A stretch of DNA of 64,000 nucleotides from NCBI GenBank assembly GCA_018694835.1, contig JABHOG010000047.1:34149-98148 (forward strand), read 5' to 3'. This document shows, in pieces, positions 33,362 to 43,340 of this stretch (positions are counted from its first letter, which is position 1; each line of letters opens with the position of its first letter). Source of the stretch: Planctomycetota bacterium. Its GTDB lineage: Bacteria > Planctomycetota > UBA8108 > UBA1146. A program made the translations under genes and the position numbers. Under the pieces are notes generated by a model, which was not told the origin of the DNA, did not search any database, and saw nothing but the letters and a program-made list of their open reading frames with translations.

Positions 33362-36300
33362 TCAGTCGCTCACCTCGGTGAGCAAGTATTCCGCCGACGG
33401 GAGATACACTGAAAGGGTCACATCGTCCAGTGCAGGAGTGACGAGAGCCTTTCCTGCATAGGGTCCCTGGCCAGTCCCCGCTCGCATCCGCAATTCGTAA
33501 CCGAGGAAGCCGATATTGAAGCGATTGACAAAGTCCGGGCTTCCAGTCGGGTAGAGCCAGCGACCCGCGATTTGCAGGTTATTACGCCCTCCCTCTCCCC
33601 GGATACCACCTCCGGGATCCCCCAGTGGTCTTGAACTCTGTTGCCCATCGACGTTGAGAACACTCATCGTCTCGTCGGCCCACTGGACACTTTGTTTGGC
33701 GTACATCTTCGGTGCGTACAGTGTCCATGTCATGTTTCTCAGACGCATCCGCTGAATTCCATCGGGAAACGGCACCATGAATGCGTTGGTGTAGATCCCC
33801 TCCTGATCAGAGTAGTAGCCCTTCTTGCGACTGTCGTCCTGGGTGTATTGCCCGAGGTAGACTCTGAACTCATCGATGGTGGCATTGGCCAGTACGCGCT
33901 TGATCGAAGGGGAGCGAAGTGTGCCCTGGCGGTCGAAGTTGGTGCCAAACTTGAACAGTCCCTCAGTGGACACCGCCTGGTCGCGGTAAAATCCACCCAC
34001 CTGGATCTGATCCTTCGGCTCCTCTTCATTGAGGGCGCAGAACATTCCTTCACCGATGTTGTGATTGACCGCATCCACAGTGGAGTGGTCAACCCAGACA
34101 CGAATTCCGTTGGTGGGAGAGTTATCATCGTACGAGATCGCAAGATGATGCCACTCGTGCGCTCTCCAGTTCTCAATATCCACCACCACATCACTGCGAG
34201 CCCAGTACTTTTGCGGATCGGTTTCCGCTTCATTCCCGGATTCGACTGCATCTTCATTCCCGATGAGTGGGATCGCCTGGGCAGTGAATCCCTTGGCAAA
34301 AGCCTGGTGATAGTAGAGGCGAGAAACTCTCAGTTGTCCTTCCGTGTTCTTCCAGATCCAGAACTGGGATCCTTCCGAATCGGTCGGCTTCTGTCCCACA
34401 TCCGTCTGTACCTGGGTGGCCCCGATCAAACCGGAAAAGGTTGGATCATCGCCGTTGAACTCCAACTTGACCCAGAAGGAGACCGCCCCGTTGTAGTAGG
34501 GCATGTTTCCGATGTCGTTGTTGTAATTCCTGTTGGCGGCGCCCTGATCGGCAGGATTCTGACGATAGCGCTGAGCTGGCAGGCGAAGGAAACGGCCTCC
34601 CAATGCCGAGGTTCGGAAAATGCTGCTGTTGATACCGTCAGGCATCAAATCAGAATTCTGAGAGGCTTCATCGACAAACGGTTCACCGATGTTCTCGTCT
34701 TCGATGGCACTGTCCGCGGCTCCCCAGACTTCCCTGGAATAGCGCTGCTTGTAAATAGAGCCCTTCTGACTGTAGCTCGCATCGAGCACCTTCCCCAACT
34801 CCTTCAACTTGGCCTGAGGGTTGGAAGCGGTACGCAACAAGTTGCCCAGATTCCGAAGAGAAGCCTCGTCTCGAAAACGAAAGGTGTGCGCGAGTCGAAG
34901 AGTGGCGTCTCCCGACCACCGAGCTAATCGAGCCGAAGGTGCTGAAACCTGCATCTGTGCGTCGATGGCACCCGACAATTCGATACGACCATCCTGATGC
35001 GAACCGGTGAAGTGATCTGGATGCAGCGCGTCCAGCGGGTCGGGCCAACTGGTGACATACTCTCGAGCGCCTCCTCGACTGGAACTGGACTTTCCGATCG
35101 CTCGGAATGGACTTTCGAACTGATTTTGAGTGGTGTGATGGTAGACATCGAAGAGTTTCACGATGCTACGACGTTGCGCTTCCGAGAAGACATCGTCACT
35201 CGAATTTCCGCCACCGGTGATCTCCGCAATGCTCGAGATTTCGAAGATTCCCTTGCTGTCAAAACAGAACTCTGTGGTATGCCCCATACGAACGTCACTC
35301 TTGTCGTTTCCTGGAGCAAACTTGACCAGGTTCGACTTGTCGATCGCTCGGTAGGCTGGAGCGTTTGGATTGACCTTGTTGATGCGTGTATTTGGATTGG
35401 CATTGGCAATCACGATCGATCGCATCATGTCGTAGTACCAGGCGTTGACTGCATCGGTCGGCAATGAGACACCATTGCGTGTACCACGCTCCACCTGGGG
35501 GACTCCTGCCACCCACATTCTCGACGAGCCACCGGTACCACCACTGATCTTCTGGATCTGATTATCCGTGGTGGTGGACTGTGGATTGAGCACCCAGACC
35601 GAATCCGCGGATGGGAAAATATCAGAGGGAAGACGATTGATGAAGTCTTCGAATCCGATGTCACCACTACCGAGGGGAGCCACCCAGGTCTTGAAAGCCC
35701 TGACCTTGCGCTGGGAGATGATGGCGAGTGCAATTTTGCGAGCCACATCTACTGTCAGTGGCCGGGAGTAGACCCAGACGGGTGTCTGTTGCAACGACAG
35801 TTCTTCCTTGACCGGAGCCAGGGTTCCTCCACCAAAATCGATCGCCCCCTGGTTACCGCTTTCCAGCGACTGGGAGTTGATACTCATGTAGGGAAACGCA
35901 CGACGTCCTCCCACGCCCATCAATGTGGCGATCAGGACCGGTTCCGATGCGGTATTGATATTGATGGGGGCTCGCGGTTCCCCCACGACCTGGGCAGCCC
36001 CGGTCACCTGCTGATTGCGTGGATCCCGCGGCAAACTGCGATTCACACCGGTGGTTCCAGCAGTGCCGCCATTGTTGGACTGCCCCCCCACTCGATTGAT
36101 CACTTCACGACCGGCACCTGACCTCTGGGTATATGGATTGACCCAGGCATGAGCGGTCACGAAGTCTGCTAGCAGCAACATATTCTCGCGACCGATCAGA
36201 GCGGCTAGTTCCGACTTGGAGGAGAACTTGCCACCGGGTAGTCGATTGCGAAAGACAATCAACTCCTCGCCGTTGAGTTGCTTTCCCGACTCATTGGGAC

Positions 36301-36925
36301 CACTCCACAGTGGATTCACTCCGTAACGAACATCCGACTTGAGGGCCATCCCCAGGTTAGTCAGCATCTGCGCCAGCGTATCTTGCTCACCATTGAGAAA
36401 TATCTGAGAAGAAGTGTCGATCAGTTTGATTCGGAAACGATCCTTGCCGTCCTGACTTCCTGCAACTCCCGGATATGAGCCACGAGTCAGTTGATCCCCG
36501 AGGGATGTCTCATCCGGTTCCGCTTCGCGCAGGTCCAGTACTCCACCGATTCGTGAACGACCGTCCCCTCCGGTGATCCCGTAAATCCAGGGAGAACGAG
36601 AGCTATCGTTCCGCACGTGCCCCTCCCAGAAAGGTCGGCTTCGAAGCATCGAGATCACCTCGGACTCCGCCGAGGATGAGAGCAGGAACGCCTTGTTTTG
36701 ATCGCGGAAATTTTCCGTCGCCTTCAGCTCCAGGCGCATCAGGGCGACAAAGGTCACCGCGATGATGGAGAGCAGAGTGAGAACCGCCAGCGCGATCAGC
36801 AGCATCGTGCCACGTTCACGGCCATTCGCTTGAACAGGAATCGAATTCACAGTTTCTAAATTCACAGAATCCTGCTCCTGTCGTAAACTCGATGTCTTCA
36901 GAGCGAGGCTCTTGGTTGGAAACAT
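33362..36925 (-). CDS. Giant (about 1190 aa) GspK-like minor-pseudopilin-type secreted protein
   Basis: The N-terminus RERGTMLLIALAVLTLLSIIAVTFVALMRLELKATENFRDQNKAFLLSSSAESEV follows the T2SS GspK pattern (RG + hydrophobic helix + polar helix). A very large extracellular region follows. ATG at 36925 (M14) is preceded by an A/G-rich RBS. The upstream ATG at 36964 is the alternative. Confidence 0.6.
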   Translation of the reverse strand: MFPTKSLALKTSSLRQEQDSVNLETVNSIPVQANGRERGTMLLIALAVLTLLSIIAVTFVALMRLELKATENFRDQNKAFLLSSSAESEVISMLRSRPFWEGHVRNDSSRSPWIYGITGGDGRSRIGGVLDLREAEPDETSLGDQLTRGSYPGVAGSQDGKDRFRIKLIDTSSQIFLNGEQDTLAQMLTNLGMALKSDVRYGVNPLWSGPNESGKQLNGEELIVFRNRLPGGKFSSKSELAALIGRENMLLLADFVTAHAWVNPYTQRSGAGREVINRVGGQSNNGGTAGTTGVNRSLPRDPRNQQVTGAAQVVGEPRAPININTASEPVLIATLMGVGGRRAFPYMSINSQSLESGNQGAIDFGGGTLAPVKEELSLQQTPVWVYSRPLTVDVARKIALAIISQRKVRAFKTWVAPLGSGDIGFEDFINRLPSDIFPSADSVWVLNPQSTTTDNQIQKISGGTGGSSRMWVAGVPQVERGTRNGVSLPTDAVNAWYYDMMRSIVIANANPNTRINKVNPNAPAYRAIDKSNLVKFAPGNDKSDVRMGHTTEFCFDSKGIFEISSIAEITGGGNSSDDVFSEAQRRSIVKLFDVYHHTTQNQFESPFRAIGKSSSSRGGAREYVTSWPDPLDALHPDHFTGSHQDGRIELSGAIDAQMQVSAPSARLARWSGDATLRLAHTFRFRDEASLRNLGNLLRTASNPQAKLKELGKVLDASYSQKGSIYKQRYSREVWGAADSAIEDENIGEPFVDEASQNSDLMPDGINSSIFRTSALGGRFLRLPAQRYRQNPADQGAANRNYNNDIGNMPYYNGAVSFWVKLEFNGDDPTFSGLIGATQVQTDVGQKPTDSEGSQFWIWKNTEGQLRVSRLYYHQAFAKGFTAQAIPLIGNEDAVESGNEAETDPQKYWARSDVVVDIENWRAHEWHHLAISYDDNSPTNGIRVWVDHSTVDAVNHNIGEGMFCALNEEEPKDQIQVGGFYRDQAVSTEGLFKFGTNFDRQGTLRSPSIKRVLANATIDEFRVYLGQYTQDDSRKKGYYSDQEGIYTNAFMVPFPDGIQRMRLRNMTWTLYAPKMYAKQSVQWADETMSVLNVDGQQSSRPLGDPGGGIRGEGGRNNLQIAGRWLYPTGSPDFVNRFNIGFLGYELRMRAGTGQGPYAGKALVTPALDDVTLSVYLPSAEYLLTEVSD

Positions 36926-37019
36926 CGTTTCCCTTTCCCTACTCTTCGTTCCACTCCATGTCATGCGTCACGACGACGCATCCGAGACTCTCCAGTGCAC
37001 CCGTTCCGCACCACCGCTT

Positions 37020-38204
37020 CTAGGCTTCGACCGGATCAGCGGTATCGACCGGATCGGCAGTATCTGCGGTATCGGCGGTATCGGCGGTGTCGATGGTAGC
37101 AAACGGAGTTGTCGCCGCCGCCGGGCCATCCCCGAAAAATCTCTGACGAAGTTCGGCGTCGAGGCGGCTTGTCAGTTCCGGATGATCACGCAGGAACTGG
37201 ACGGCTCGCTCTCGACCCTGACCGATCCGCTCCTTGCCCATCGAGTACCAGGTTCCCGCTCGACTCACCAGACCTTCTTCCACCCCGAGATCGACCAGTT
37301 CTCCGTGGTACGAGATCCCCACGTTGAACACGATATCAAATTCGGCCCTGCGGAAGGGTGGGGCCATCTTATTCTTGACGACCTTGACAACGGTTCTGTT
37401 CCCACTGATATCGCCATCGGTCTTGATGGCGCCAATCCGGCGAATATCGAGACGAACCGACGAGTAAAACTTCAACGCCCTGCCACCGGAGGTGGTCTCA
37501 GGACTGCCAAACATGACACCGATTTTTTCACGAATCTGGTTGATGAAGACCACCGTGGTTTTGGAACGGTGGATGACTCCGGTCAACTTGCGCAACGCCT
37601 GACTCATCAAGCGCGCCTGCAAACCGACATGAACATCTCCCATCGATCCTTCCAACTCGGCACGTGGAACCAGTGCGGCCACCGAGTCGATGACCACGAT
37701 ATCCACCGCGCTCGAGGCGACCAGCATCTCGGCGATCTCGAGAGCCTGCTCGCCGCTATCGGGCTGTGAAACCAGCAAGTGATCGAGGTCCACTCCTAAT
37801 TTCTCGGCATAGGTGGGATCGAGCGCATGTTCGGCATCGATGAACGCCGCCACACCACCATTTTTCTGAGCATTGGCGATAGCGTGCAGGGTCAGCGTGG
37901 TTTTTCCGGAGGACTCCGGTCCGTACACCTCGACCACACGGGAACGGGGCAATCCACCGATTCCCAGCGCCTTGTCGAGGGACAGTGATCCGGTATGGAT
38001 CACGTCGACTCTTCTCGACTCCTGATCCCCGAGCATCATGATCGATCCCTGGCCACATTTCTTGTGAATCTGCTGCAGGGCGAAATCGAGCGCTTGCTTG
38101 CGCTGTGCGTCGAGCCCCTTCAACGAATCGGTCAGTGAAGACTCAGGCGCTGCTGCCGACTTCTTGGTTGCGGAAGCGCGTGCTTTTCTCGGTTTGTCTA
38201 CCAT
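37020..38204 (-). CDS. recA: Recombinase RecA with extended acidic (TAD)n C-terminal tail
   Basis: Walker [19 protein letters not shown], the L1/L2 regions and [16 protein letters not shown] at 38204 after GGAGGA. The C-terminus [24 protein letters not shown] is encoded by 9-bp tandem repeats. Confidence 0.9.
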   Translation of the reverse strand: MVDKPRKARASATKKSAAAPESSLTDSLKGLDAQRKQALDFALQQIHKKCGQGSIMMLGDQESRRVDVIHTGSLSLDKALGIGGLPRSRVVEVYGPESSGKTTLTLHAIANAQKNGGVAAFIDAEHALDPTYAEKLGVDLDHLLVSQPDSGEQALEIAEMLVASSAVDIVVIDSVAALVPRAELEGSMGDVHVGLQARLMSQALRKLTGVIHRSKTTVVFINQIREKIGVMFGSPETTSGGRALKFYSSVRLDIRRIGAIKTDGDISGNRTVVKVVKNKMAPPFRRAEFDIVFNVGISYHGELVDLGVEEGLVSRAGTWYSMGKERIGQGRERAVQFLRDHPELTSRLDAELRQRFFGDGPAAATTPFATIDTADTADTADTADPVDTADPVEA

Positions 38205-38315
38205 CTCGTTCCTCCATCCTCGCCCGGGGTTCCGGCGATCACCGGTGGGCGTCATTCCCCCTGGAATTTTTATTGCCAGTGGTTCGTTTCATATCCATCA
38301 GTTCCATTTTCCGAT

Positions 38316-38795
38316 TCAAGAGGCCCCTGCCTCTTCATCGGTATTACCTGTTCGATTTTCTTCAGTTCGAGTTTTTCTGCTTCCAAGTTGATCGCGTGCG
38401 GAGTCCATCACTCGTGGCCGACCGAGAATTCTCTGGCGACCGTACTCTTTTTCGACCAAAGCCCCGTCTCGCCCCCGCTCGAGCATTCGCTGGCGCGCCT
38501 GATCCACTGCCGAACCGGAGTTCCAGGGGATTTGCTGGAGCAGGTAAAGTTGCTGGTCGGACAATTGACCAGAACGAGCTCGCAGCCATTGCACCTGAGC
38601 CCTGGCATGTTGCGCTGGAGAAACTGGAGCGGCTCGGGAGGATCCCGACGTAAATCTCGAAGATGCAGAAGGAACTGCAGAAGAGAACATCGATCGATCG
38701 GAGGATGCGGAGCATCCGACCACCCCATGAGCAAGGATGGAGAACAGTAGCAGGGTGATGGCACCGGAAACGGTGCGCTTCCTCTCACTTCTCAT
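38316..38795 (-). CDS. Hypothetical lipoprotein
   Basis: MRSERKRTVSGAITLLLFSILAHGVVGC looks like a lipoprotein signal with a VVGC lipobox. ATG at 38795 after GGGAG. Low-complexity S/A-rich mature region. Confidence 0.45.
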   Translation of the reverse strand: MRSERKRTVSGAITLLLFSILAHGVVGCSASSDRSMFSSAVPSASSRFTSGSSRAAPVSPAQHARAQVQWLRARSGQLSDQQLYLLQQIPWNSGSAVDQARQRMLERGRDGALVEKEYGRQRILGRPRVMDSARDQLGSRKTRTEENRTGNTDEEAGAS

Positions 38796-38970
38796 CGGCT
38801 TCACTCCCGCAGGAGCGCCGCTCGCTTTCGAAAAGGAGTACGGCCAGGCTGTCACTCGCATCAAAGAATGTGTCCACTTCACCAGAAGAATCACCTAAGA
38901 GGGTTCCTTGCAGGAATCCAACCACTCCACCCACACAGGACTACCGTACCCCGGGATATCGCCACCCAAT

Positions 38971-39028
38971 CCATCGCTGCAAACCATCGCTGCAAACCAT
39001 CGCTGCAAACCATCGCTGCAAACCATCG
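38971..39028. repeat. 13-bp tandem direct repeat (ccatcgctgcaaa x4.5)
   Basis: Four exact units at 38971, 38984, 38997 and 39010, plus a partial fifth. It lies in the 500-bp intergenic region between the lipoprotein and cupin genes. Confidence 0.85.
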
Positions 39029-39303
39029 TCGGACAGGCGACACTGCGGTTCGCACGATTGATTCCTTCGCGAAACCTCCACCACCGGTGGGGTATCTTCG
39101 AGAAGGCCGCCGAGGATTACGGGTGGATCCCGGGGACACCGGCTCCGGCACCATTCTGCACCGACGAAGGTGCGCTGTCAAAGCAGCGTATCCGGTGGTT
39201 TGGGCCAATAAAGAGGATCTCGGGCCCAAATACGGACACCGCTACAATCAGCCATAAGGGGTGGCTTGCGTCAATCCTGGATCGATCTCGAACCCGGAAG
39301 GTC

Positions 39304-39882
39304 CTAGAAGCGGCGTGGGAACAGGTTGGAACCGCCGCCATAGGAGTGCGCGATGCGCAGCACCGCGTCCATCACCTGCTCCTCGATCGCCTCGAGGGTC
39401 CGTAATCCAGTCTCGGTGTCGAGTCCGATGGCATCATCGATCTGTTCCGACAGTTGTCCTGCCGTCTCGAACAGTTGGATGATGAACTGGAGGCTGGTCG
39501 GACGATCGATCTGATCGGGAATACAGTCAATCAACCGTTCCAGTTCCCCTGCGGTGACCTTTTCGGTGGCTTGATTGGTGACCAGGCTCGGCCGATGGAT
39601 CGCCACCGTCAGGCCGCGTAGCGGCAGACCGGAGCGATTGAGGATGGAGTGAGGGGTACCGGCGGGAACCACCACGGCATTACCGGGAGTCAGATCAACC
39701 TGTTGCTCTCTCAATTGTACCAGCCCACGCCCCTCGAGGGAGATCACCATCTCCTCCTGCGTTGCGTGTTGCAGAAGTGGAGTGCTCTCGCCATCTTGCA
39801 ACGTCACTTCCCACAGCTCGAGCACGCGACTCGGTGAGGTTGCGGTCGGGTCATCCAGGCGTTTCCATGGACGAATTTTCAT
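39304..39882 (-). CDS. Cupin-domain protein
   Basis: Two-motif cupin core (LELWEVTLQDGESTPLLQH...MVISLEGRG...VPAGTPHSI). ATG at 39882 (MKIRPWKRLDD). The track ORF starts earlier at a GTG. Confidence 0.55.
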   Translation of the reverse strand: MKIRPWKRLDDPTATSPSRVLELWEVTLQDGESTPLLQHATQEEMVISLEGRGLVQLREQQVDLTPGNAVVVPAGTPHSILNRSGLPLRGLTVAIHRPSLVTNQATEKVTAGELERLIDCIPDQIDRPTSLQFIIQLFETAGQLSEQIDDAIGLDTETGLRTLEAIEEQVMDAVLRIAHSYGGGSNLFPRRF

Positions 39883-39998
39883 GGCGTACTCCCTCCAGAG
39901 AATCTCTCCGTAGAAGCATCCGATGTAATCCCCCGGCTGGTCCACTTTGGTTCGAACCGAAAGCAGTGTGAAGAAGGCCTGGAACTACCTGAAAAGGC

Positions 39999-40955
39999 TC
40001 AAGAAGGCCGCAGGAGTACCTTTAGCACTCCACGCTCAGCCCCTCGGCGGAGCCCCGCAACTCCATCTTCCAGCGTGAACTCGTCGTCGATCAGGTCGCG
40101 AGGATCGATGCTACCATCGGAGAGTGCGGCCAGTGCTGGGGCGAAGGGACCGCAGCGAGAACCGACCAACTGGATCTCATCGACCACCAGCGCAGAGGCA
40201 TCGCACTGGAGTTGTCCGGTGTAGGTACTCTTCATCACCAGCGTCCCCAGCGGTCGCAAAGCCCTCCGTGCAGCCTCAAATCCTGAAGCATTCCCGGTAC
40301 ACTCGATCGCCACATCGAATCCTCCGGCCTCGATCTTCGCCGCATCTATGGTCGATTCGATCGGGTACTTTTCCAGCAGAGACAATTTTCGCGGATGACG
40401 CCCCAGCACCATCGGTGTGAGATTCCTTCGAGCCAAGACCCTGGCCACCAACTGCCCCAGTCGTCCATCGCCCACTACCAGGCAACGATCGCCAGGACAC
40501 AGATCGACCTGCTCGGGGATCCGCATCGCCGCTGCCAGCGGTTCGGTGAAGACTGCGCACTCATCCCGCACCCCATCGGGAACGATCCAGAGGTTTCGTT
40601 GTGGCAACAGGAAGGATTCGGCGAAGCAACCATCGCGGCCGACGATGCCGAGGACAGTGCGCTCCAGACAATGGTTCCCTCGCCCCGACTGGCACGACGG
40701 GCAGCGGCCACAGATCGCGTTGATCTCGCCCACGACTCGCTGTCCGAGCCACTCGGTGGGCCCCTCCTCGACGATGCCAACGAACTCATGACCGAGAACG
40801 CCAGTGAAGGGGTAGTACCCCGCCAACAACTCCAGATCGGTACGGCACACCCCCATCAGGGTCGGGCGGATGCGGACTTCATCGGCGGGCACTTCAAGCC
40901 TTGGAAGATCATCGCGAAGGGTCGATTGGCCTTCCGCCAGCCAAATTCCATCCAT
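39999..40955 (-). CDS. Zinc-dependent alcohol dehydrogenase (threonine/sorbitol dehydrogenase-like MDR)
   Basis: GHEFVG (catalytic Zn His/Glu), structural Zn CGRCPSCQSGRGNHC, and Rossmann VVGDGRLG. GGAGAA RBS. Confidence 0.8.
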   Translation of the reverse strand: MDGIWLAEGQSTLRDDLPRLEVPADEVRIRPTLMGVCRTDLELLAGYYPFTGVLGHEFVGIVEEGPTEWLGQRVVGEINAICGRCPSCQSGRGNHCLERTVLGIVGRDGCFAESFLLPQRNLWIVPDGVRDECAVFTEPLAAAMRIPEQVDLCPGDRCLVVGDGRLGQLVARVLARRNLTPMVLGRHPRKLSLLEKYPIESTIDAAKIEAGGFDVAIECTGNASGFEAARRALRPLGTLVMKSTYTGQLQCDASALVVDEIQLVGSRCGPFAPALAALSDGSIDPRDLIDDEFTLEDGVAGLRRGAERGVLKVLLRPS

Positions 40956-41098
40956 CAGTCTTTCTCCATACAGGCAGGATGTGAGAATCCCGCCAGTTCA
41001 TTTGACTGCCTGGTCGCATCTTGCAGGTCAGAAGATAGACCCGCAAAAACCTCCGGCGAGAAAGTTCCCAGGCTTTCGAATCAGGTTTCCGCTGGATC

Positions 41099-43306
41099 CT
41101 ATTCCAGCAAGACAGAAAGCAATTTCTTGAGTTCCTCGGTACGAATTGGCTTTTGCAGGAACCCCGCAATGGACCCGCTGAAGTCCTCCAGATTGATCTC
41201 CTTGGGGAAGTAGCCCGACATCAGAAAAATCGGCTTGTCGAAACCCAACTCGAGCAGTTTCTCGACCAGTTGGTCTCCTCTGAGGATCGGCATCACGATA
41301 TCGGAGAGTACCGCGTCAATCTCATCGCCCCGCTTCTGGACGACTTCAACCGCTTTCTCTCCATCGATGGCGGAAAGAACTTGGAAGCCCAGTGAGTGGA
41401 GTATGAACTCGAGAGCATTCAGCACTTCGGGTTGATCCTCCACCAGCAAGATGGTTTTTGGACCGGCACTCGAGGCGGATCGCCTGATCTTCGGCAACTC
41501 CTGACGTGGTACATGAGCGACAGTTTCACATACGGGGAAGAGAATAGTGAAGGTGGTACCAACCCCCTGCACGCTTTCAACATTCACCATGCCATCATGG
41601 CTCTTTACCAGGCCGTAAACCTGAGACAGTCCCAGGCCTGTTCCCTTTCCGACCGGTTTGGTGGTAAAGAAGGGATCAAAAATCCTATCGATCATTCCAG
41701 CGGGGATCCCAACCCCATCATCTTCGACTCTGAGCCTGACCCAATCTCCCACGGCCAACTCCCCCCACTGCGAGTCTCCCTCACCGATCTTCAAAAGATC
41801 CGTACGGATGGAGATGGTGCCGCCATCGGGCAATGCATCGGCCGCATTGAGCAGCAGGTTCGCCAGCACTTGCTGGAGTTTGGTCGCATTGAACTCGATG
41901 TGGGCCACTCCTTCATCGAAATGCTGTTTGACCTCAATCGAACTGGGAACACCGCTATGAAGCATTTGAACCGTCTCGGGAATAAACTCCACGAGATCGA
42001 TTCGCTCACTCTCCGACTCCACTTTCCTGCTGAAATCGAGGATCTGCCGGATCAACTGGGCTGCTCGCTCGCCCTGCAGCAGAATTCGATTGGAGTACTC
42101 GCGCACCACTTCCGGTAGTTCTTCAGAATTCAAGGTGAGTTCGCTGTAGCCCAGGATCACGGTGAGGATGTTGTTGAAGTCGTGAGCGATTCCGGCAGCG
42201 AGTTGTCCGACCGTGGTCATCTGTTGATGTTCCTGGAGAGCCTTTTGCGATTTTCGAAGATCGGTGACATCTCGCATCACCACCACATACTCCTTCTCGT
42301 TGTCCTGCTGGTTTGGAACCAGGCGAGATGTCAATTCGAAGATATGTGGAATGTCATTCAAGGTGGTGGTCAGTTCGAAGGCCGCCAATCCACTGTCGAC
42401 GATCACCTGCTCCCGCTTCAAATCGGGAAACTGCACCGTGGCTCCAATCTCGACACTCGAATTACCCAGTTTCAGCAGGTGATCTCTTGCCGCCGGATTG
42501 ATGAAGCGTATTCGTTGCTGATCATCGAGCAGGCAAACACCTTCCAGCAGCGAAGCCACCAGCCCATCGAGGCGTTGTTGGCTGGAACGGTACAGGATTT
42601 CACTCTGCTGCAGTTCCTGGTAGGAACCCTGAACCCGACGAGACATGTCGTTGAAACTGCGGATGGTTCGAGCGATCTCGTCGGTGCCGGTGACGTCCAC
42701 CTGGTGGCCCAGATCACCATCCGCAACGGTACGGGCTGCTGTTTCGAGTCTTGCCAGTTCACCCGTCAGGTAGTTCCCTAGAGCCAGCGAAAACAGAGCC
42801 ACCAGAAGCATCTCGATCACAGCGATCATGGCGAGTCGTTGCAACGACTGCTCACGGATCATCTCCAGTTCGGCGGTAGAGATGCCCAGTTCGATGGAAC
42901 CGACCACTTCGTCCAATTCCGTCAGCTCCTTTTTTACGTCGTAGACACCATCATCGACGTGTTCAACATCTTGATCCTCTACCCGATCCCCCGTTAGATA
43001 TTTGGGGTCTCCTGCGGATTCCTCGCTGGGGGTGAGACCGGGGTTAAGATTGGTACGGATCCGTGCGTAGACAATGCCCTCAGTGTCCACTATCGCTTTT
43101 ACTATCGAATTGATCCTCCCGAGATCGTTGCTTAGAATCGCGTCCTTGGCCGCTGCAGCGATCATATCCGCCGCCGTGAACCCGCGTTTCTCCAGTTCCC
43201 TGAAGGTTGAATTCTCGAGGGTCTGACTACTACTCCAGACCAGTAGCATCAGCAGAAAACCCTCAATTATGGCAATCCCAAGTACGGTCTTGAGACGGAA
43301 AGACAT
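41099..43306 (-). CDS. Hybrid sensor histidine kinase / response regulator
   Basis: N-terminal TM with a periplasmic loop, a HAMP-like segment and a PAS region. H-box AHDFNNILTVILGY, HATPase N/G boxes (DDGVGI, GTGLGLS), then a C-terminal receiver domain (LLVEDQPEV...DAVLSDIVMP). Confidence 0.85.
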   Translation of the reverse strand: MSFRLKTVLGIAIIEGFLLMLLVWSSSQTLENSTFRELEKRGFTAADMIAAAAKDAILSNDLGRINSIVKAIVDTEGIVYARIRTNLNPGLTPSEESAGDPKYLTGDRVEDQDVEHVDDGVYDVKKELTELDEVVGSIELGISTAELEMIREQSLQRLAMIAVIEMLLVALFSLALGNYLTGELARLETAARTVADGDLGHQVDVTGTDEIARTIRSFNDMSRRVQGSYQELQQSEILYRSSQQRLDGLVASLLEGVCLLDDQQRIRFINPAARDHLLKLGNSSVEIGATVQFPDLKREQVIVDSGLAAFELTTTLNDIPHIFELTSRLVPNQQDNEKEYVVVMRDVTDLRKSQKALQEHQQMTTVGQLAAGIAHDFNNILTVILGYSELTLNSEELPEVVREYSNRILLQGERAAQLIRQILDFSRKVESESERIDLVEFIPETVQMLHSGVPSSIEVKQHFDEGVAHIEFNATKLQQVLANLLLNAADALPDGGTISIRTDLLKIGEGDSQWGELAVGDWVRLRVEDDGVGIPAGMIDRIFDPFFTTKPVGKGTGLGLSQVYGLVKSHDGMVNVESVQGVGTTFTILFPVCETVAHVPRQELPKIRRSASSAGPKTILLVEDQPEVLNALEFILHSLGFQVLSAIDGEKAVEVVQKRGDEIDAVLSDIVMPILRGDQLVEKLLELGFDKPIFLMSGYFPKEINLEDFSGSIAGFLQKPIRTEELKKLLSVLLE

Positions 43307-43340
43307 ATCCCACTCTTTCAGGCGCTTGTAGAGGGTTCCC

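Noticed and set aside
36912-37769. 285-aa plus-strand ORF
   Set aside because: Entirely antisense to recA, which has unambiguous homology. High-GC antisense frames are commonly open.
38205-38320. LexA/SOS box upstream of recA
   Set aside because: Only the inverted repeat ATTCC-N4-GGAAT and a GTTC-N15-GTTC direct repeat were seen. Neither matches a known LexA consensus well enough to call.
38971-39028. Possible CRISPR array
   Set aside because: The 13-bp units are directly adjacent with no spacers. This is a simple tandem repeat. The 17-bp repeat at 30921 is likewise not CRISPR.
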